A DNA stretch of 64,000 nt, from NCBI RefSeq assembly GCF_009914755.1, contig NC_060936.1. One strand, written 5' to 3'. A program made the position numbers and the translations under genes. Each line of letters opens with the position of its first letter. The first letter of the stretch is position 1. The notes beneath the pieces are model-generated. The model searched no databases. It was given only the letters and a program-made list of their open reading frames with translations, and was not told where the DNA came from. Below, one piece after another: positions 40,813 through 64,000 of the stretch. The DNA is from the human T2T-CHM13v2.0 reference genome, Homo sapiens.

Positions 40813-41072
40813 TCCTCATTTAACTTAATATAATTATTCTAATCTGCTCCTTCCAAGTCATTCCTCAAGGTGGGAATGACTTTCCCCGTGCCTTTTTTCC
40901 TTCACATGGGGAAACTGTGACTCTGAGGGACTGTCCCCTACCAGTAAGTGGCAGAGGCCTCCACCCAGGTATTTAGAGACCAGGCAAGTGACAGGGACTA
41001 ATTTAGAGCTTTGCTTAAATATTGGAGCCCCATATACGGCTGGTTCCTTCCCGTATTTGAACACATGCAAAT

Positions 41073-41615
41073 TGTGATTGTTAACTTTATGTGTCTACTG
41101 GACTGGGTGGAGGGGTGCCCAGACACCTGCTCAAACATTATGTCTGGATGTGTGTGGTGAGAGTGTTTCTGAAAAAGACTGGCATTTGAATTGTTGAACT
41201 GAGTAAAAAAGATTCACCCATCAGTCATGCACCATCCAATCTGATGAGGGCGTAAATAGAACAGAAAGGTGGAGGAAGGGAGAATTTGCTTTCTCTGCTT
41301 GAGGTGGGACATCCATCTTCTCCTGCCCTCAGACATTGGAACTCTTGGTTCTTGGGCCTTCAGACTCTGGGACTTACACCAGCAAACCCCTCTGCCCTCC
41401 ACCTTGTTCTCAGGTCTTCAGCCTTAGAGTGGGGGTTATGTCATCAGCTTCCCAAGCCTTGAGACTTGGACTGAATTTCACCACCAGCTTTCCTGGTTCT
41501 CCAGCTTGCAGACAGCATATTGTGTGATTTCTCGGCCTTCATAATCACATGGCAAATCCCCTGTTATATATCTATCTATATCATATGAGTTCTGTTTCTC
41601 TGGAGAACCCTGTAT
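41073..41615 (+). mobile_element. MLT2 (ERVL) LTR
   Basis: tgtgattgttaactttatgtgtc start; ttctgtttctctggagaaccctg end. Confidence 0.85.
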
Positions 41616-42092
41616 ACTCTCAATGCACCCTCATGGAATTATCACGCAGATACCAACTGAACATCCACTAAAGTGTTAGGTGCTTCATGGAAATTCATAG
41701 ATAAGTAAGACATGACCTGTGCTCCCAAAAAGCTTACAGACGAGTAGTGAACCTGACAGACTCAAAGTCAAATTTGCTACAAAGACAGGATCAATGTGGA
41801 GGGGAAAGTGGATGTAGCTTGGTGTTTGTAAACAATATCTTTAAGATGGGACAGCTCTGTGACTTTAGGTGAGAAGCTCAACCTCTCTGAACCTCAGGAA
41901 AGTGGACTTATTAATGATGCATAACCCCTATGGATCGTTGAGATTATTATGTCACCCACTACACAAGCTGATGCAAGTGGCACACTTAACACAGCATCAG
42001 CCATACTTATAAGCTCCTGATAACTGGTATTAGAAGTAGTTTGGAGAAAAAAGCCCTCTCTTTTTTTTTTCTATCAGCAAACCTAGTGTGTA

Positions 42093-42174
42093 TTAGATTG
42101 AACTACATATAAACTTGCTGCTTTTGTAGCTTAAAAGCATTCAAATGTCAAAAATTTCATACGGTTCAACCTAA
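42093..42174. mobile_element. MADE2-like MITE
   Basis: ttagattgaac...atttcatacggttcaacctaa inverted termini, ~80 bp. Confidence 0.65.
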
Positions 42175-43044
42175 TCAGATTATTTACTGGGAGGAATTGA
42201 CAGACAAGTCCATAAACAGGGAGCGAACTGTCTTAAAACTCAGGAAAACCGGGTGCCCTGATTTGCTGTGACCATTTGGCTTAGTGTCCCCTGGACTGGT
42301 CACTACCCTGCCTCCCTCTCTGAAACCTCCCTCTCTGCTCAACTGGTGAGTTCCCACTGCAAAACTTCAAGAAAGGAAATACCAGTAGCTGTAAGAGTGT
42401 CACAACTTGGTTTTATGTGGCAGTAACCAACCCCTAGCCAATTGTAGAGTTTGGCTAGGAGTATACTCCACACCTTGTTAAAAAAAAATCATATAGCAAC
42501 TTCTGTGGGAGTTCATTGTACAGCAGTTGCTACTTAGGAGGACCACTTGCTGACAGGGCAGGGAGGTTGGGCTTTTAAAAGCAAGTTGCAGTAAGAGGTT
42601 GGTTTCTAATTGACCAGCAAGTATCCTACTGAGGTCAAAGAACAGATGTTGGCAAAGAAGGTACCTGGGGTGGAGAATGGGAAAGGAAGTGACGCACTGT
42701 TTGCTAAAACTTTAAGATGCATAAAGGTTTATTTTCTCATCTTGGCTTTCCCTGGTTCACTGTGTGATAGGAACAAGTTGTTTCCCCTACTTGAGCCTTT
42801 ATTTTCTCTTTTTCATAGTGGAGCTAAAAAGTAAAATAGCTACCACAAAGGGCTGTTGGAAGAATTAATTAAAATAATGTGTGTAAATTACATGGCACAT
42901 TCGTGGTTAATATCAGTTTTCCAGTGTCTGATGTGTGCCAAGAACCATGCCAGGAACTTTACATGTATTTTTTCAATTAATTCTCGCAGCAGCTCTATGA
43001 GTTGAACACACTTATGTCCATTCTGCAAGAAGAAACTGCATTCA

Positions 43045-48295
<5,251 letters not shown>

Positions 48296-48336
48296 TGATG
48301 TTGTTAAGGAATTATTATGGTAATGACACTGTGGTT

Positions 48337-48498
48337 AGGAGGGATAGCATTAGGAGATATACCTAATGCTAAATGACGAGTTAAAGGGTGCAGTACACGA
48401 ACATGGCACATGTATACATACATAACAAACCTGCACATTGTGCACATGTACCCTAAAACTTAAAGTATAATAATAATAAAATAAAATAAAAAAATAAA
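48337..48498 (+). mobile_element. Short 5'-truncated L1PA 3' end
   Basis: ggagggatagcattaggagatatacctaatgctaaatgacgagtt...aaacttaaagtataat plus A tail. Confidence 0.92.
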
Positions 48499-48558
48499 AG
48501 AGTTAGATCTAGCTTTTGGATTCATTGCAGAAAATAAATAAATAAATGAGTTCTAGAG

Positions 48559-49343
<785 letters not shown>

Positions 49344-49713
49344 TTCTAGAGGATTTTTAAGGCAGCAAAACTTCTGATTGTGATACTATAAGGTGAATAC
49401 ATGTTGTTACACATTTGTCCAAACCCAATAGAATGTACAACACCAAGAGTGATCTTAAAGCCTTTATTTTAAAAATGAGTTCTTATCTTTTAGAGATATA
49501 TACTAAGATATTAAGCATAAAAATAATATGACATGTGGGATTTGCTTCAAAATATTTAAAGGAGGAGAGGCTGGAAGTATTAATAAAACAAGATGGCCAT
49601 GAGTTGGTAAGGTGGATGATGAATAAATGGGGATTTATTTAGCTATTTTCTTTATCTTTGCTTATGCTTGAAATATTTTATAGTAACAAGTTTTAAAATT
49701 ATACAGAGAATGA

Positions 49714-50245
<532 letters not shown>

Positions 50246-51871
50246 ATTAGTTTATCTATCTATACACCCATACACATACTCACACAGACACACACGCACG
50301 AATGTTTTATAATTGTATACATGTACATATACATGCATTGCTGACTGTCTTCCCATTCCTGAGCCTCATCACTCATTCCTGACACCCCATTCCATCTCAA
50401 AATGCCAAGCATCTGTAGGAACACTCAGACATAAGTCTAAAGAGGTAGGCAAGAACCGGATGACAAATACAGGAGTGTTTGCCTTGCTAAAGAGTTTGAA
50501 CTTTATCCAGATGTCCATGAAGATCCAATGAAGGACTAGCAGCCTTAGTGGCTGACTTTGAGAACAGAGGAAATAGGGTGGTAAATTGGGGGCAGTTGAG
50601 GAAGAGAAGACTCTGCAATCTGAGAACAAGTTACGGCAAAAAGCGTTCCTGGGGTAGTCCCACAAGAGGGTCTCAAAGTTCATTTAGAACTGGCCTTAAC
50701 AGAAACCCCAGAACAAAGGTCAGCTCATTCTTGCTCATTTTCTCTGTGGCAAACTCCAGCTGGTGCTCTCAGAGGGAAGAGACTTGTAAAAATTAAAAAT
50801 GAAGGGTGTTGAATCCAGCAGTTCCACTCTAAGTATATGCCCAAAAGAACTGAAAGCAGGACTTGAAGAGGTATTTATACATTTATATTCATAGCAGCAT
50901 TATTCACAATAGCCAAAAGTGGAAGGAAGCCAAGTGTTCCCCAGTGGGTAAGTGGATAAACAAGATGTAGTATATCCATACAATGAAATAACATTGAGAG
51001 CCAAGGGTGGGTGCCAGTCCTTGAAGGCACACGACAGCAAACCAGACAAAAAGTAACTCTGAGGTGCTTGGAGTGCCAGGTAGCAGGCAAGCAGTGGGCT
51101 TTTCAGCGTCGTCTTTAGAATATGCAGCTCAAGGAAGTGAGATGTCAAAGCTGCCACCCAAACCGGTCAAACCAGCGTAAGATCAAGTCTTCAGAGCCCT
51201 CTATACTTTTGAACCCAGAACTCCAGATGAACTATGCTTTGAGAAAGGTGATATCATCTACGTTACTGACATGAATGATGCAAATTGGTGGAAAGGCACC
51301 TCCAAAGGCAGGACTGGACTAACTCCAAGCAACTATGTGGCCGAGCAGGCAGAATCCATTGACAATCTATTGCATGAAGTAGCAAAAAGAGGCAACTTGA
51401 GTTGGTTGCGAGAGTGTTTGGACAACCGAGTGGGTGTTAATGGCTTAGACAAGGCTGGAAGCACTGCCTTAGACTAGGCTTGTCATGGGGATCTCAGAGA
51501 TATAGTGGAAATGCTATTTACTCAACAGAGTATTTAACTGAGCCAACAGAACAAGTTGGGAGACACAGCTTTACATGCTGCTGCCTGGAAGGGTTATGCA
51601 GATATTGTCCAGTTGCTTCTGGCAAAAGGTGCCAGAACAGACTGAAGAAACAATGAGAAGAAGCTGGCTTTGGGCATGGCTACCAATGCCCATGCGTCTC
51701 TCCTGAAAAAGAAACAGGAGACAGATGCAGTTCGAACATTAAGCAATGCTCTTGCTATTCCAAAACTTTTGTCTGCCAGAAGAGGGTTGGTAATCACTTT
51801 TTTAAAGTACATATGAACATGGCAGTGTTGCACTGTGTTTGAGTAGAGCAGGTAGAGGAAGGGTTCTCACC

Positions 51872-52070
51872 CACAGGAAGGGGAACATCACACACTGGGG
51901 CCTGTCGTGGGGTGGGGGGAAGGGGAAGGGATAGCATTAGGATATATACCTAATGTAAATGATGAGTTAATGGGTGCAGCACACCAACATGGCACATGTT
52001 TACATATGTAACAAACCTGCACATTGTGCACATGTACCCTAGAACTTACAGTATAATAAAAAAAAAAAAA
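51872..52070 (+). mobile_element. 5'-truncated L1PA 3' end inside the OSTF1 retrocopy
   Basis: L1PA 3'UTR plus polyA; perfect 16 bp TSD aggaagggttctcacc (51856-51871, 52071-52086). Confidence 0.95.
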
Positions 52071-52383
52071 AGGAAGGGTTCTCACCTTTGGTTTACCAAT
52101 AAGTGACTGGTTTCAAACATTAAGGAATGCTCTTGCTATTCCAAAACTTCGTCTGCCAGAAGAGGGTTGGTAATTATTTTTTTAAGTAGATATGAACATG
52201 GCAGTGTTGCACTGTGTTTGAGTAGAAGAGGTAAATGAAGGGTTCTCACCTTTGGTTTGCCAATGAATGACTGGGTTTTTTACTGTATAAAATGCATTGT
52301 TCACCAGAGTAGAACAAGAAGAGATGATTTCTATTTATCAAACTAAAGGAATTTTATAATTTTTTTTCTTTAAAAAAAATCAG

Positions 52384-52706
<323 letters not shown>

Positions 52707-52924
52707 TTAAAGTTCTTTATCTCAAGGATTGAGATATTTTGAATGGATTTTTCAAGGGAGGGAAGGCTTACTATAATAATAAACCAAAATACTTAACAGA
52801 AAATCATCAGCTATTCTGACAAGAATAAACATTTTAAGAGGCTTTTTAAAAAAAATGTAATATGATTCAGTGTTTAAAAGGAAGGAAGGAAGGAATTTCT
52901 CTCTCTCTTTTTTTTTTTTTTTGA

Positions 52925-53056
<132 letters not shown>

Positions 53057-53059
53057 TAG

Positions 53060-53191
<132 letters not shown>

Positions 53192-53359
53192 TGACCAGGA
53201 AGGAATTTCTGACACATGCTACAACACAGATGAACCTTGAGAATATTATGCTGAGTGAAATAAGCCAATCACAAAAGGACAAATACTGTATGATTCATAT
53301 GAGGTATCTAAAATAGTCAAATTCATGGAAACAGAAAGTGGAATGGTGGTGGCCATTGA

Positions 53360-53521
<162 letters not shown>

Positions 53522-53947
53522 TGAATAGCTAAGACTATAGGCGCCCACCACCATGCTCATCTAATTTTTGTATTTTTAGTAGAGACAGGGTTTCACCATG
53601 TTGTCCAGGCTGGTCTTGAACTCCTGACCTCAGGTGATTCACCCGCCTCAGCCTCCGAAAGTGCTGGGATTACAGGTGTGAGCCACCACACCTGGCCAGA
53701 TAAAAATATTCTGAAGATGGGCTGCACAACAATGTGAATATACTTAACACCACTGCACTGTATGCTTAAAATGGTTAAGATGGTAAATTTTATATTATTT
53801 GCATTCTATGACAGTTAAAAATATTTTTTAAAAGGGTGTTGAGTTTTTTATAGTTTTCTAACCTTCCTTTCATTTTTAATTTCTATGTTTTTAAAGGTCT
53901 TGGTGCCTACCCAAGATGACTGTGGGGAATGTTATAAATATACATTG

Positions 53948-54240
53948 GGCTGGGCACCGTGTCTCACACCTGTAATCCCAGCACTTTGAGAGGCCAAGGT
54001 GGGTGATTGCTTGAACTCAGGAGTTCAAGATCAGCCTGGGCAACATGGCGAAACCCTGTCTCTATTAAAAATACAAAAACTAGCCAGGCGTGGTGGTACA
54101 TGCCTGTGATCCCAGCAACTGGGGAGGCTGAGGTGGGAGGATCACCTGAGCTCAGAGAGGTCGAGTCTGCAGTGAGCCAAGATCATGCCACTGCACTCCA
54201 ACCTGGATGACAAAGCAAGACGCTGTCTCAACAAAAAAAT
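53948..54240 (+). mobile_element. AluJ
   Basis: Full Alu. Confidence 0.88.
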
Positions 54241-55041
54241 TTTAAAAAATTATTAATAAATATAGATTAAATATATAAAGCACCCTAGCAAGAGAAAAAA
54301 ACCATATATAATATAAAACATATATAAACAGAATATATAATAAATATTCTTATATATGTATAGATGATATATGTCACATACATAAACATGCACTTACTTA
54401 TCCATATATTTATATCAGTAAATAATCTAAACAGCACTTGATTGGTGTGTGCTGTCTTTTGTACTGGATTATAAAATCATCAACATTTATTTGATTTGGT
54501 TGGAGCTGATCATTCATACGGCTCTTCCTGTGAAGAGCCAAATGATGTAACACTAAAAGGGGGCTGTCTAACTGGGAAGAGGCTTTTGAATGTTTGTCCA
54601 GGTCCCATGTCCCCAGTCCTCAATTGTCAACCATCATCCCATCTTCACCTAACCTGTAATAAGTCTGACATTTCAATCTGACTCCTGAGTCTAGACAGGT
54701 AAAGTTATTTACCAGAAAGAAATAAAATTCATGTAACAGTAATAAGTCTATGTTTGAGTACCAATATTAGAAGTGGTAATATTTCCAATTTGTGTGTATC
54801 TTGTTTGCTACATTGAAAAAAAAAGAAACATCTCATATATTAAATTTGTGATTTGTCTTAGACAGAATTCCTCCTGAGTTGGGGATAAAGATTTGAGGGC
54901 ATTTAATCTATTTGAGAGGTGACCCCTGGAAGCACCACTAGTAGAGCTGGGGATTGAGACAGATAAGGAAAGAAGCCAACACAAGTTCCATTCATTAATG
55001 AGCAGGGGACCACTGTGGGCAGCTGGGACTCAATTCTCCTC

Positions 55042-55548
55042 TGCTGGGGTAGGCCCCCAAATCTGGCCATAAACTCGCCCCAAAACTGGCCATAAACAAA
55101 ATCTCTGCAGCACAGTGACATGTTTGTGATGGCCATGGTGCCCACACTGAAGGTTGTTGGTTTACCAGAATGAGGGCAAGAAACACCTGGCCCACCCAGG
55201 GCAGAAAACCGCTACAGGCATTCCTGAACCACAAACAATAGCATGAGTGATCTGTGCCTTAAGGACATGTTCCTGCTGCAGATAACTAGCCAGACCCGTC
55301 CCTTTATTTCAGCCTGTCCCTTTATTTCCTGTAAGGAATACTTTTAGTTAATCTATAATCTACAGAAACAATGCTTATCACTGGCTTGCTGTCAATAAAT
55401 ATGTGGGTAAATCTCTGTTTGGGGCTCTCAGCTCTGAAGGCTGTGAGACCCCTGATTTCCCACTCCACACTCTATATTTCTGTGTGTGTGTCTTTAATTC
55501 CTCTGACGCCACTGGGTTAGGGTCTCCCCGACCGAGTTGGTCTTGGCA
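55042..55548 (+). mobile_element. MER9-type (HERV-K HML-3) solo LTR inside an older LTR-like element (~54860-55790)
   Basis: tgctggggtaggcccccaaatctggccataaac...ccgaccgagttggtcttggca; aataaa near 55394. Confidence 0.85.
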
Positions 55549-57425
55549 CTTCTGGAGACTTCTGGGAAACTCTGTAAGTTGATGTCTTGCTGACAAATGA
55601 GGAACTGGGGAATTTATCCTTGAACTCCTGCTTGTTACTAATTGAGGGCTGCCCCTGGGATACCATCTCCCAGCCACTTCTAGCCAGCTCCTGACACCGT
55701 CCAAGCACACACCTGCAACAGATGAATTCCCAGGCAGAGACAAAGCACCTGTGGGTAAGAACCTATTAGAGATTGTGGTACTGCTGAGTATCTGAGTCAC
55801 AACTTACTTGGTAAAGCTTAGAACTAATGATTATGAAACCTTAAAATTGCATGATTATAATTCATTGCGCAGCCAATAACCTCCATGCTTTTTATCCATA
55901 ATAAGTGGTTGAATATGAAGGAGCCTAACAATGACCCCGCAGGCTGTGTAAGAACCTCTGGGGCCCCTTTGCAAATAGAGCCTGCTGTAGAATGAAACCA
56001 ACACAAATTTTCAATAGCCAGGAATTGAGAGAGAGATGGAATTCTGATTACATCACTGGAACTCAATACAACATTGACCAAAATCTTGACCTACCCTTGG
56101 GAGCTCCCATTTGCAGACAAAAACTCTCTGTTTTGGCTTCATTTACTCAACTCAAACTAGCTAAGTTGAGTAAATAAAAAATCATACTGACATTCTGTAT
56201 TATGGCTTGGGGAAAGGAAAAGGCATCTGTATCAAGGTCTCTCAGCTGGTCCAGAGATGAGACTCAGACAAGCCTGGGTAGAGAAGGACACAAGGCTTCC
56301 GCTGCAAGCCTTGGCTGACAATGTCACCTAAACTGTTGGGAAATGCCTAGAGGACTTCAAACAAGGGTCCAGCCATACCATCTGATTTGAATGCGACCTG
56401 TGGAAAAGACTTTGAACTTTCTTCAAAAATTAGAATTCAAGTATAAAAAATCATGAATTTACAATAATACAGAAAAAAAATCTTTGGTCCTCTTTTGAAT
56501 TTGCTATGGCAGCAACTCATCCTACTAGACACTAGTAAATAACAAAAAAGAAGTAATGAAGCATTTATCCTGCCTTCTCTGTTCAAATGGTATATTTGTT
56601 GTTGCTGTTTATGAGACAGGGTCTCTCTCTGCCACCCTGGATGGAGTACAGTGGTGCAACCATAGTTCACAGCAGCCTTGACTTCCTGGGCTCAAGGAAT
56701 CCTCCCACCTTAGCCTCTGGAGTAGCTGCTACTACAGGTGCATGCCACTGCTCCCAGCTCTGTCCAAACTATATTTCATGGTAAATAAATAGGTGAGGAG
56801 GGATAGTTCTTCTTTGTATAAGAATTCAATTTCATAGATGCAGAAGATAGATATATAAAATCATTTTGCATCTCCTAATGGAATAACAGAAGTAGGCAAT
56901 ACTTAGCAATGACTGATAAAATAATTCAATGAAAATTTGATTGTAAACTTCATAATAGATGAGTCAGACTTTTACCAACCAGACAGTAGGTATTTGGTAT
57001 TTCTGATGTAATCAACCAGTAATATATAATACCACCTATGAATTACTCTTGTCAAAAAATAAATTAAGCTTGGGACTAGTCAAGTTTCACATTCAGACTT
57101 TGGATCCTGATAAATAGACGGGACAAAGGAAACAAGAATGCAATCAACCTAGTCCAGAATGCAGAAAATTTAGAATAAATGACTTGGTTCCTTATAAATG
57201 CATGACATTAAAGAGAGGAAGAGGAAAGAAAATTATTACTGATTAAAAGAGACTTAACTGACATATTAACTAAATACCACATGTGATTATTTTATAGATT
57301 CTGACTCAAATAAATAAACCATAGAAAGGCATTTTAGATTAAAAAACATATTTGAGTATTAAATGAGAGCAAAATAGAGGGCAGTTAGAACTCTCATACA
57401 TGGCTCATAGAAATGCAAAATGGTT

Positions 57426-58030
57426 GTGGAAGACAGTGTGGCGATTCCTCAAAGATCTAGAACTGAAAACACCATTTGACCCAGCAATGCTATTACTGGG
57501 TATATACCCAAAGGTTTATAAATCATTCTACTCTAAAGACACATGCACACGTATGTTTATTGCAGCACTATTTGCAATAGCAAAGACTTGGAACCAACCC
57601 AAATGCCCATCAATGATAAACTGGATAAAGAAAATGTGGCACATATACACCATGGAATACTATGCAGCCACAAAAAAGAATGAGTTCATGTCCTTTGCAG
57701 GGACATGGATGAAGCTGGAAACCATCACTCTCAGCAAACTAACACAGGAACAGAAAACCAAACACTGTATGTTCTCACTCATAAGTAGGAGTTGAACAAT
57801 AAGAACACATGGACACGGGAAGGGGAACATCACACACCAGGGCCTGTCAGGTGGTAGAAGGAGAGGGGAGGGAGAGCATTAGGACAAATACTTAATGTAT
57901 GCATGTCTTAAAACCTAGATGATGGGTTGATAGGTGCAGGAAACCACCGTGGCACATGTATACCTATGTAACAAACCTGCACGTTCTGCACATGTATCCC
58001 AGAACTCAAAGTAAAATTAAAAAAAAAAGA
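57426..58030 (+). mobile_element. 5'-truncated L1PA (end of ORF2 plus 3'UTR) inserted in an older L1M
   Basis: ORF 57400..57795 is the ORF2p C-terminus (WKTVWRFLKDL...MWHIYTMEYY); TSD aaatgcaaaatggtt (57411-57425, 58031-58045). Confidence 0.95.
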
Positions 58031-58392
58031 AAATGCAAAATGGTTTAGAGACTTTGGAAAACAGTTCGTCAGTTTCCTATAAAGCTAAACATATACCCAC
58101 CATAAAAACCGGCAATCCCACTCCTGGGTATTTACCAAAAAGAAATGAAAATCAGTGTTTACTCAGAAACCTATATGTGTATGTTTATACTGGCTTTATC
58201 TATAATTGCCTAAATTGAAACTATTCAAGTGTCCCTCAACAGATAAATGGGTAAATGATCTGTGGTACAGCCATACAATAAAATGCTACCCAGCAATATA
58301 AAGTAACAAACTACTGATAGACTCAATAACATGGATGAATTGCAAAAGCAGTATGCTAAGTAAAGGAAGTCACATTCAAAAGCCTATACGTG

Positions 58393-61090
<2,698 letters not shown>

Positions 61091-62237
61091 AAACGTTTTT
61101 TAAGAAAAGGAAAAAATAATTAAATGATCAGCATCAAGGGCTCTCTGCCATGAAATACTATCTAAAAGAAGACAAGAAAAGAAGGCATTTCCTTGTGTCT
61201 CTACTCACAGTACGTGGAAAGCATAATAAATGGAGGAATCCCAATGCAAATTAGCTTGGGCAAAAGTAGGAATAATGAGCTCTGTTACTGGAAAGGTTGA
61301 AGCAGGAGCTGGCTGCAGAGAGTGAATGCAAGTCAACTGATGGCATGAGGATCTCTCTCTCTCTCTCTCCCCCTCCCTCCCTCCCTCCCTCTTTCTCTCT
61401 CTCTCTTTTGGCTTTGCTCCTCCCTGGAGGCTGCTGGCTTATCCTCATCTTCTTCACATATGTGTCTTCCGTTGTGGTGGAGGAGGGGCAACTATGAGTG
61501 TAGAAAGCTCCAGCTCAACATCCTGTCAACACACAACCACAGAGTAAAAGGAAGTCTCCTACCTCTTGGTGTCTGTATAAAATCCCAAGGAATAGTTCTG
61601 ATTGGTTCTATTGGATCATGTATCCACTCCCTGGGCCAATCACTGTAGTAGGTGAATAGGTTAGTATGTTGAGTAGGCCTGGGTTCTGGGGACTAGTACT
61701 GTGCCTGGTCACCAGTAGAAGCACAGGGAATTGGGGAGGACTACAGGGAAAGGTTTTTAAACAGTTAAAAACAAGAGAGAAGTGAATGGTTGGATTGGGA
61801 GGCAGCAGATGGAACAGTCAACTCCATGGCCCAAGATGCTCTAGGACATCAGATGGAACAGTTAACTCCATGGCTGAAGCTGCTCTAGGACATTATGTGT
61901 GCATTAGAGACACAGTTAAGTGGGCCGAGTGCAATACCATGATATCAGGACAACCATGGATGTTCACTCCAGCAGTGAGCATCAGCAGTGTGGTGGAGGA
62001 GTTCAGGGGACATTGAAGCACAGAGGACATCTATGGACAGCAGTTCAGGGAAATTCTGAGGGCAGGATCTAGAACAGAAGGACTTCATAGCTGCATGGAT
62101 CTATCTGACTATAGTCAGGAAGACCCTATATCCACATAGACTTTTGGAGTGTCTAGAAACAGACCTTGGTGAGTGTAGCAGGCACTATTGCTTCCTTCCA
62201 TACCCCCAACCACTCACTTTTAGTCACCCAAGTCGGC

Positions 62238-64000
62238 TGATATGGTTTAGCTCTGTGTCCCCACCCAAATCTCATCTTAAATTGCAATCCCCACATTTTG
62301 AGTGAGGGACCTGTAATCTCCATGTGTTGAGGGAGGGAGATGATTGGATCATAGGGGTGGTTCCCCCATGCTGTTCTTGTGATAGTGAGTTCTCACAAGA
62401 TCTGATGGTTGTATAAGTGTTTGGAAGTTCCTCCATTCTTCTCTCTCCTTCTCCCTTATGAAGAAGATGCTTGATTCCCCTTTGCCTTCCACCATGATCG
62501 TAAGTTTCCTGAGGCTTCCCAAGCCTTGTGGAACCGTGAGTCAATTAAACCTCTTTCCTTTATAAATTACCCAGTCTCAAATACTATCTTTATTGGCACT
62601 GCAGAGAGTGGGGGGTGCTGCTATAAAGATAACCTGAAAATGTGGAAGTTACTTTGGAACTGGCTAACAGGCAGAGGTAGAAACAGCTTGGAGGGCTCAG
62701 AAGACAGGAAGATGTGGGAAAGTTTGGAACTTCCTAGACACTTGTTGAATGGTTTTGACCAAAATGCTAATAAGGATGTGGACAATGAAGTCCAGGCTGA
62801 GCTGGTCTCAGATGGAGATGAGGAACTTGTTGGGAACTGGAGCAAAGGTCATTCTTGCTATTCTTTAGCAAAGAGACTGGCAGCATTTTGCCCCTGCCTT
62901 AGAGATCCATGTAACTTTTGAGACAGCCAAGTGTCTAGGCAGATAAAAAGGGGTCCCCAGAGAATCTCCGACACACCCATCTGCACAAAAGTATCTGATA
63001 TAAACACTTGTTTTGAAGGAACCTGCCCAGGGCCTTGTCTGAACTTGCCCAGCTACACACTGGGGGAAGAGGGGAGAAGCCTGGTGTCTTCAGTTCCTGT
63101 GTGGTGGCCTAGGATTCAATCTGAGAGGTGGATGGTCTGTTAGCAGGACTCTGAGTTTTTTCCTTTCTGCCCAATAAAATCCTGCTCTACCCACCCTTCA
63201 TTCAGTGTGTCTATGTGCCTAAATTTTCCAGGTTGTGTGATAAGAACTGTGTTTTTTTTTGTTTTTTTTGTTGTTGTTGTTTTTTTGAGATGGCGTCTTG
63301 CCCTGTCTCCCAGGCTGGAGTGCAGTGGTGCAACCTCAGCTCACTGCAACCTCCACCTCCTGAGTTCAAGCAATTCTTCTGCCTCCACCTCCCTAGTAGC
63401 TTGAATTACAGACGTTCAGCTGAACTAAGGAGCAAAATTCTGCAACATTTTGAACTTGAAGGAGATTATCTGAAATTGGAACTTATGTTTAAAAGGGAAG
63501 CACAGCATAAAAGTTTGGAAAATTTGCCGCCTGACGATGTGATAGAAAAAAAAAATCCATTTTCTGGGGAGATATTCAAGCCAGCTGTAGAAATTTGCAT
63601 AAGTAATGAAGAGCCAAATATTAATTGCCAAGACAATGGGGAAAATGTCTCCAGGGCATGTCAGAGATCTTGGCAGCAGCCCCTCCCATCACAGGCCTGG
63701 AGGCCTAAGAAGAAAAAATGGTTTTACGGGCCAAGTCCAGGGCCCCACAGCTGTGTGCAGCCTCAGGACTTGGTGCCCTGTGTCCCAGACACTTCAGCTT
63801 CCAGCTGTGGCTAAAAGGGGCCAAGGTGCAGCTCAGGCCACTGCTGCAGAGGGTGCAAGTCCCAAGCCTTGGCAGCTTCCATGTGGTGTTGGGCCTGCAG
63901 GTTCACAAAAGTCCAGAGTTTAGGTTTGGAAACCTCAGCCAAGATTGCTGAGGATGTATAGAAACCACTGGATATACAGGCAGAGGTGTGCTGCAGGGGT
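62238..64000 (+). mobile_element. THE1/MST MaLR provirus: 5' LTR (62238-~62585) plus internal region running off the window
   Basis: tgatatggtttagctctgtgtcccc LTR start; internal motifs ggagggctcagaagacaggaagatgtgggaaagtttggaacttcctagac; degenerate MaLR ORF fragments (62526..62921, 63215..63814). Confidence 0.9.
62919..63447 (+). mobile_element. ERV1-class solo LTR (MER61-like) with an Alu fragment, inside the MaLR internal region
   Basis: tgagacagcc...ctgcaaca termini; aataaa near 63173; MaLR sequence resumes ttttgaacttga. Confidence 0.75.

Noticed and set aside
51271-51477. 68 aa SH3/ankyrin ORF as a functional gene
   Set aside because: Fragment between premature stops of an intronless OSTF1 retrocopy.
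57400-57795. 131 aa ORF as a host gene
   Set aside because: It is the L1 ORF2p C-terminus of a truncated insertion.

Overview
Primate (human-like) non-coding genomic DNA, very rich in Alus, with L1, MaLR/ERV LTRs and DNA-transposon relics. I see no intact protein-coding gene, RNA gene or CpG island; almost all ORFs in the track are repeat-derived. The dominant structure is a large old inverted duplication: left arm <=1-10857 and right arm 25228->=33515, around a ~14.4 kb spacer. Arm identity is patchy, from ~84% to 343/344 by hand count, which points to arm-to-arm gene conversion and a possible inversion-prone segment. Two processed pseudogenes are present. A MAP1LC3B retrocopy (~11530-15845) lies in the spacer and is interrupted by an ERV1 LTR, four Alus and a MADE1. 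An OSTF1 retrocopy (50996-52855) lies inside an old L1. There is also a ~690 bp almost pure A/T tract and a younger L1 inserted in register into an older L1. Repeat subfamily names and parent-gene comparisons are from memory of consensus sequences, and many repeat boundaries are approximate. I cannot support a new coding system; the best candidate for undescribed biology is the converting inverted repeat.
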